From assembly GCA_026416665.1 (NCBI GenBank), contig JAOAET010000017.1, forward strand, positions 1 through 63,843: a stretch of 63,843 nt of DNA, read 5' to 3'. The notes below the pieces were generated by a model, which was not told where the DNA came from, did no database searches, and saw only the letters and a program-made list of their open reading frames with translations. Made by a program: the position numbers and the translations under genes. Position 1 is the stretch's first letter. Each line of letters opens with the position of its first letter. The stretch is from Candidatus Omnitrophota bacterium (GTDB taxonomy: Bacteria; Omnitrophota; Gorgyraeia; Gygaellales; Profunditerraquicolaceae). Positions 60,814 through 63,843 of this stretch are shown in pieces.

Positions 60814-61535
60814 AAAAAATTTATAGCCGGCCACAATCTTTATATGATGTAGTAACTCATTATTGTCCTGGTTGCGGGCACGGAATTGTTCATAAACTTG
60901 TTGCGCAGGTAGTGGATGAACTGCAGATACGTGAAAAGGTTATTGCTGTTGCACCTGTTGGTTGTGCAGTTTTAGCTTATGACTATTGGAATTTTGATTG
61001 CACAGAAGCTGCCCATGGAAGGGCCTTGGCAGTGGCTACAGGAATAAAGAGGATGCGGCCAGAGACAGTAGTATTTACCTATCAGGGTGATGGTGATTTG
61101 GCAGCAATCGGGACTAATGAGACGATTCACACGGCAAACCGCGGAGAAAACTTAACCACGATATTTATTAACAATGCCGTTTACGGAATGACGGGTGGAC
61201 AGATGGCACCAACTACTCTCCTAGGGCAAAAAACAACAACTACTCCTCATGGAAGGAAGGAGCAAGAAGGAAGGCCTTTAAAAATAAGCGAATTATTAGC
61301 CCAATTAGAGGGTGTTTATTATGTTGAACGCGTTTCTCTACATACCCCGCAGCAGGTTATAAATGCTCAAAAGGCAATAAAACAGGCGTTTCAAAATCAA
61401 ATAGAAGAAAAGGGTTTTTCTCTCGTAGAAATTTTGTCACCTTGCCCGACATATTGGAATTGTTCTGCTCAGGAAGCAATGGATTGGATTGCGGAATTTA
61501 TGGTAAAAGAATTCCCGCTGGGAAGGATAAAGTAA
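60810..61535 (+). CDS. 2-oxoacid:ferredoxin oxidoreductase beta subunit (TPP-binding)
   Basis: YCPGCGHG and GDGD...NNAVYGMTGGQ motifs. Confidence 0.85.
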   Translation: MKKIYSRPQSLYDVVTHYCPGCGHGIVHKLVAQVVDELQIREKVIAVAPVGCAVLAYDYWNFDCTEAAHGRALAVATGIKRMRPETVVFTYQGDGDLAAIGTNETIHTANRGENLTTIFINNAVYGMTGGQMAPTTLLGQKTTTTPHGRKEQEGRPLKISELLAQLEGVYYVERVSLHTPQQVINAQKAIKQAFQNQIEEKGFSLVEILSPCPTYWNCSAQEAMDWIAEFMVKEFPLGRIK

Positions 61536-62083
61536 TGGAACACAGAATTATTCTGGCAGGAGCAGGTGGTCAAGGTATTATGCTTTTGGGAAAGATTTTG
61601 GCCGAAGCAGCAATGAAAGATAATAAAACAGTTACTTGGTTGCCTTCCTATGGTGCAGAGGTGCGCGGTGGTACAGCCAATTGTATGGTGGTTATCTCTG
61701 AGGAAGAGATAGGTTCGCCTTACATTGATCAAGCAGATAGTTTGATTATTTTTAATCAGCCTTCTTTTGAGCGGTTTGGAAATCGCTTGTTGCCTGGCGG
61801 AATTCTTTTGTTAAATGCCTCATTAGTAGAAAAGCCGGCTTTTCCTAAAAAAAAGATACGTTTGATCTATCAGCCGTTTACAGACATTGCAATGAAAGTA
61901 GGGTCGGTAAAAGTTGCCAACATAGTGGCGTTAGGTTGCTTTCTGGCAGTGGTTAAATTGGTAAGGAAAGAAACAGCAATAGAGATTATTCGTTCTAAGG
62001 CAAAAGAAGTAAGTCCACAAATAATTGAACTTAATCTAAAGGCATTTGAAGAAGGATTTATTCTGGGGCAAGATGTAAAGTAA
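61535..62083 (+). CDS. 2-oxoacid:ferredoxin oxidoreductase gamma subunit
   Basis: MEHRIILAGAGGQGIMLLGKILAEAA. Start set at the TAATG overlap with the beta subunit; the longer track ORF lies inside the beta gene. Confidence 0.85.
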   Translation: MEHRIILAGAGGQGIMLLGKILAEAAMKDNKTVTWLPSYGAEVRGGTANCMVVISEEEIGSPYIDQADSLIIFNQPSFERFGNRLLPGGILLLNASLVEKPAFPKKKIRLIYQPFTDIAMKVGSVKVANIVALGCFLAVVKLVRKETAIEIIRSKAKEVSPQIIELNLKAFEEGFILGQDVK

Positions 62084-62137
62084 TTAAGTAAGAGATTAGA
62101 AATAAGAGCATAAAGTAAGCAAGTAAGGGAAAAAGAA

Positions 62138-63502
62138 ATGGTTAGAGTAAGATTTGCACCAAGTCCAACAGGATTCTTACATATTGGGGGAGCACGTACT
62201 GCTCTTTTTAACTGGCTTTATGCACAGTCGCAAAAAGGAACCTTTATCTTACGTATTGAAGATACAGACGCAGCGCGTTCTAAAAAGCAATATTTAGATG
62301 AGATTCTTTATAGTTTGGAATGGTTAGGTTTTCGTTGGGACGAACTTTATTATCAGAGTCAACGTTTTGATATTTACCGTGAGTATGCCCAGCGACTGGT
62401 AAAAGAAAAAAAGGCCTATTATGCTGAAAAAATGCCTATAGAAGAAACTGCCAATGGAGACGGTAACCAGCAAAAAGAGAACAAATTTTATTCGGAGCAA
62501 ACAAAGCATGCAATTATTTTGAAAGTCCCTCAGCAGAAGACCTCTTTTGTAGACCTTATTCGCGGGCCTATTGAATTTGACACATCAGTAATCAAGGACC
62601 AAGTATTAATTAAATCTGATGGTACACCCACCTATAACTTTGCTTGTGTTATTGATGATGCCTTAATGAACATAACCCACGTAATTCGTGGTGATGACCA
62701 TATATCCAATACACCTAAACAACTTTTGCTTTATGAAGCACTAGGATTCAAGCAACCGTTTTTTGCCCACTTGCCGCTAATTCTAGCTAAAGAAGGAGGG
62801 CGTCTTTCAAAACGAAAAGGAGCCACGGCTATATCTGAATTCCGTGCCCAGGGGTATTTGCCAGAGGCACTGGTTAATTTCTTGTTATTACTGGGTTGGT
62901 CTCCAGGTGCAGACCGAGAGATAATTGATATAAAAGAAGCGATTCAGTTGTTTGATATACGAAAAGTAAATAAAACCGCCGCAGTGTTAGACCTAGAAAA
63001 ACTTAACTGGATAAACTCAGAATATATTAAACGGGCTGACGCTGATAAACTTGCTGAACAGATTATTCCCTTGTTATGCGAACGCAACCTCATTGATAAA
63101 AATAATTTTGATAGAAATTATCTTATTTCTTTGATAAAATTATTTCAAAGCCGTATGACTTTTGTGCATGATTTTATAGAACGGGCAGATTCGTTCTTTG
63201 TAAAAGAGGTAACCATTGACCCAAAGGACAAAGAAAGGTTTCTAAACCGTAATTTATCAAGGGAATTTAGTTTATTTCTTAAACGCATTGAATCTTTATC
63301 TGAGTTTAAGCCAGAGGCAATTGAGGCAGAATTCCGAGCACTGGTATCTGAGCTTGGTATTCAGTCAAAGGACTTAATTCATCCCTTACGGGTTGCTTTG
63401 ACTGGTAAGACCGTAGGGCCGGGGTTATTTGAGGTTATTGCGGTATTAGGTAAAGAGCGCACGAAAGAGCGTTTATCCCGTTGGATAAAACAGGAGAGTT
63501 AA
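62138..63502 (+). CDS. gltX: glutamate--tRNA ligase
   Basis: RFAPSPTGFLHIGGARTAL (HIGH motif) and RLSKRK (KMSKS motif). Confidence 0.93.
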   Translation: MVRVRFAPSPTGFLHIGGARTALFNWLYAQSQKGTFILRIEDTDAARSKKQYLDEILYSLEWLGFRWDELYYQSQRFDIYREYAQRLVKEKKAYYAEKMPIEETANGDGNQQKENKFYSEQTKHAIILKVPQQKTSFVDLIRGPIEFDTSVIKDQVLIKSDGTPTYNFACVIDDALMNITHVIRGDDHISNTPKQLLLYEALGFKQPFFAHLPLILAKEGGRLSKRKGATAISEFRAQGYLPEALVNFLLLLGWSPGADREIIDIKEAIQLFDIRKVNKTAAVLDLEKLNWINSEYIKRADADKLAEQIIPLLCERNLIDKNNFDRNYLISLIKLFQSRMTFVHDFIERADSFFVKEVTIDPKDKERFLNRNLSREFSLFLKRIESLSEFKPEAIEAEFRALVSELGIQSKDLIHPLRVALTGKTVGPGLFEVIAVLGKERTKERLSRWIKQES

Positions 63503-63504
63503 AG

Positions 63505-63666
63505 ATGTTCAGAGTTTCTGTAGTATTTTTTGTATTAATATTTAGTCTACTTGCCAGTGGTTGCCACACCATTTATCACACCTCTAAAGGTGCGGTAGAA
63601 GGTGCGAAAATGGATTATGAGGACGCCAAGAAGGCTGACGATTGGATAAAGAAAAACCTCTGGTAA
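63505..63666 (+). CDS. small lipoprotein (53 aa)
   Basis: Lipobox LLASGC after a hydrophobic signal MFRVSVVFFVLIFS. A GGAGA RBS lies 7 nt upstream of the internal ATG. Confidence 0.55.
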   Translation: MFRVSVVFFVLIFSLLASGCHTIYHTSKGAVEGAKMDYEDAKKADDWIKKNLW

Positions 63667-63770
63667 GACATCAAAAGTAAGATTATTTTTAAAGAATAGT
63701 TGCTTGCTATTAGCAAAAATTTTTATAAAAAATCCTTTCTTAAAATTCCTTAAAGACCACACCTATTTTT

Positions 63771-63841
63771 TGCCCCCTAGTGCAATGGTAGCACGACTGG
63801 CTCTGGACCAGTTAGTTGTGGTTCGAATCCACAGGGGGCAA
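63771..63841 (+). tRNA. tRNA-Gln (anticodon CUG)
   Basis: Acceptor TGCCCCC/GGGGGCA (U1-A72 as in bacterial tRNA-Gln), anticodon stem ACTGG/CCAGT with loop CTCTGGA, T arm TGTGG-TTCGAAT-CCACA. Confidence 0.85.
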
Positions 63842-63843
63842 CT

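Noticed and set aside
61442-61534. Longer N-terminus for the oxidoreductase gamma subunit.
   Set aside because: The extension lies within the beta-subunit coding sequence in another frame. The conserved gamma N-terminus (MEHRIILAGAGGQG) begins at the TAATG overlap.
63667-63770. Possible terminator TTGCT-7 nt-AGCAA followed by AAATTTTT after the lipoprotein gene.
   Set aside because: A 5-bp AT-rich stem is too weak to call by eye.

Overview
This window is the replication-origin region of an AT-rich bacterial chromosome. YidC has a large periplasmic loop, which suggests a diderm; RNase Y, YmdB, PyrR and DciA are present. The taxon cannot be fixed from sequence alone. Gene orientation switches completely at about 31.8-32.0 kb. 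Every gene to the left is on the minus strand: dnaA-dnaN-DUF721(dciA-like)-gyrB-membrane ORF-gyrA, tRNA-Glu, glmS, a HAMP protein and rsmI. These are followed by a PyrR-attenuated pyrimidine supercluster (pyrR-pyrB-pyrC...carA-carB...pyrK...pyrD-pyrF) interleaved with nine unrelated genes and a tRNA-Arg. The left end holds a nitroreductase, two 7TM sensor paralogs and a CrtI-like oxidoreductase. Every gene to the right is on the plus strand: rpmH-yidD-yidC-jag(N only)-parA-parB, ndk, yicC, gmk, rpoZ, coaC, tRNA Cys/Leu/Val, thrS, infC-rpmI-rplT, trkA-trkA-small ORF-trkH and pheS-pheT. These are followed by a structured 6S-like RNA, a GIDE/EF-hand membrane protein plus LemA, a MetV-like protein, 5-formyl-THF cyclo-ligase, rny, ymdB, a GH39-like protein, xseA-xseB, dxs, a four-subunit 2-oxoacid:ferredoxin oxidoreductase, gltX, a small lipoprotein and tRNA-Gln. 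I found no CRISPR array, transposase, integrase or recognisable defence system. The content is mostly housekeeping. The most unusual items are: (1) a promoter-driven ~165-nt structured RNA (probably 6S) directly upstream of a GIDE-EF-hand/LemA membrane pair; (2) a 62-nt perfect direct repeat joining two otherwise divergent 7TM sensor modules around an oxidoreductase gene; (3) a tightly coupled pyrC / Mut7-C RNase / EndoQ-like PHP nuclease / flavodoxin string inside the pyrimidine cluster; (4) an unannotated 39-codon membrane ORF coupled between trkA and trkH; (5) a GH39-like protein lacking the acid/base glutamate. All product calls rest on motif recognition by eye, since no database search was possible.
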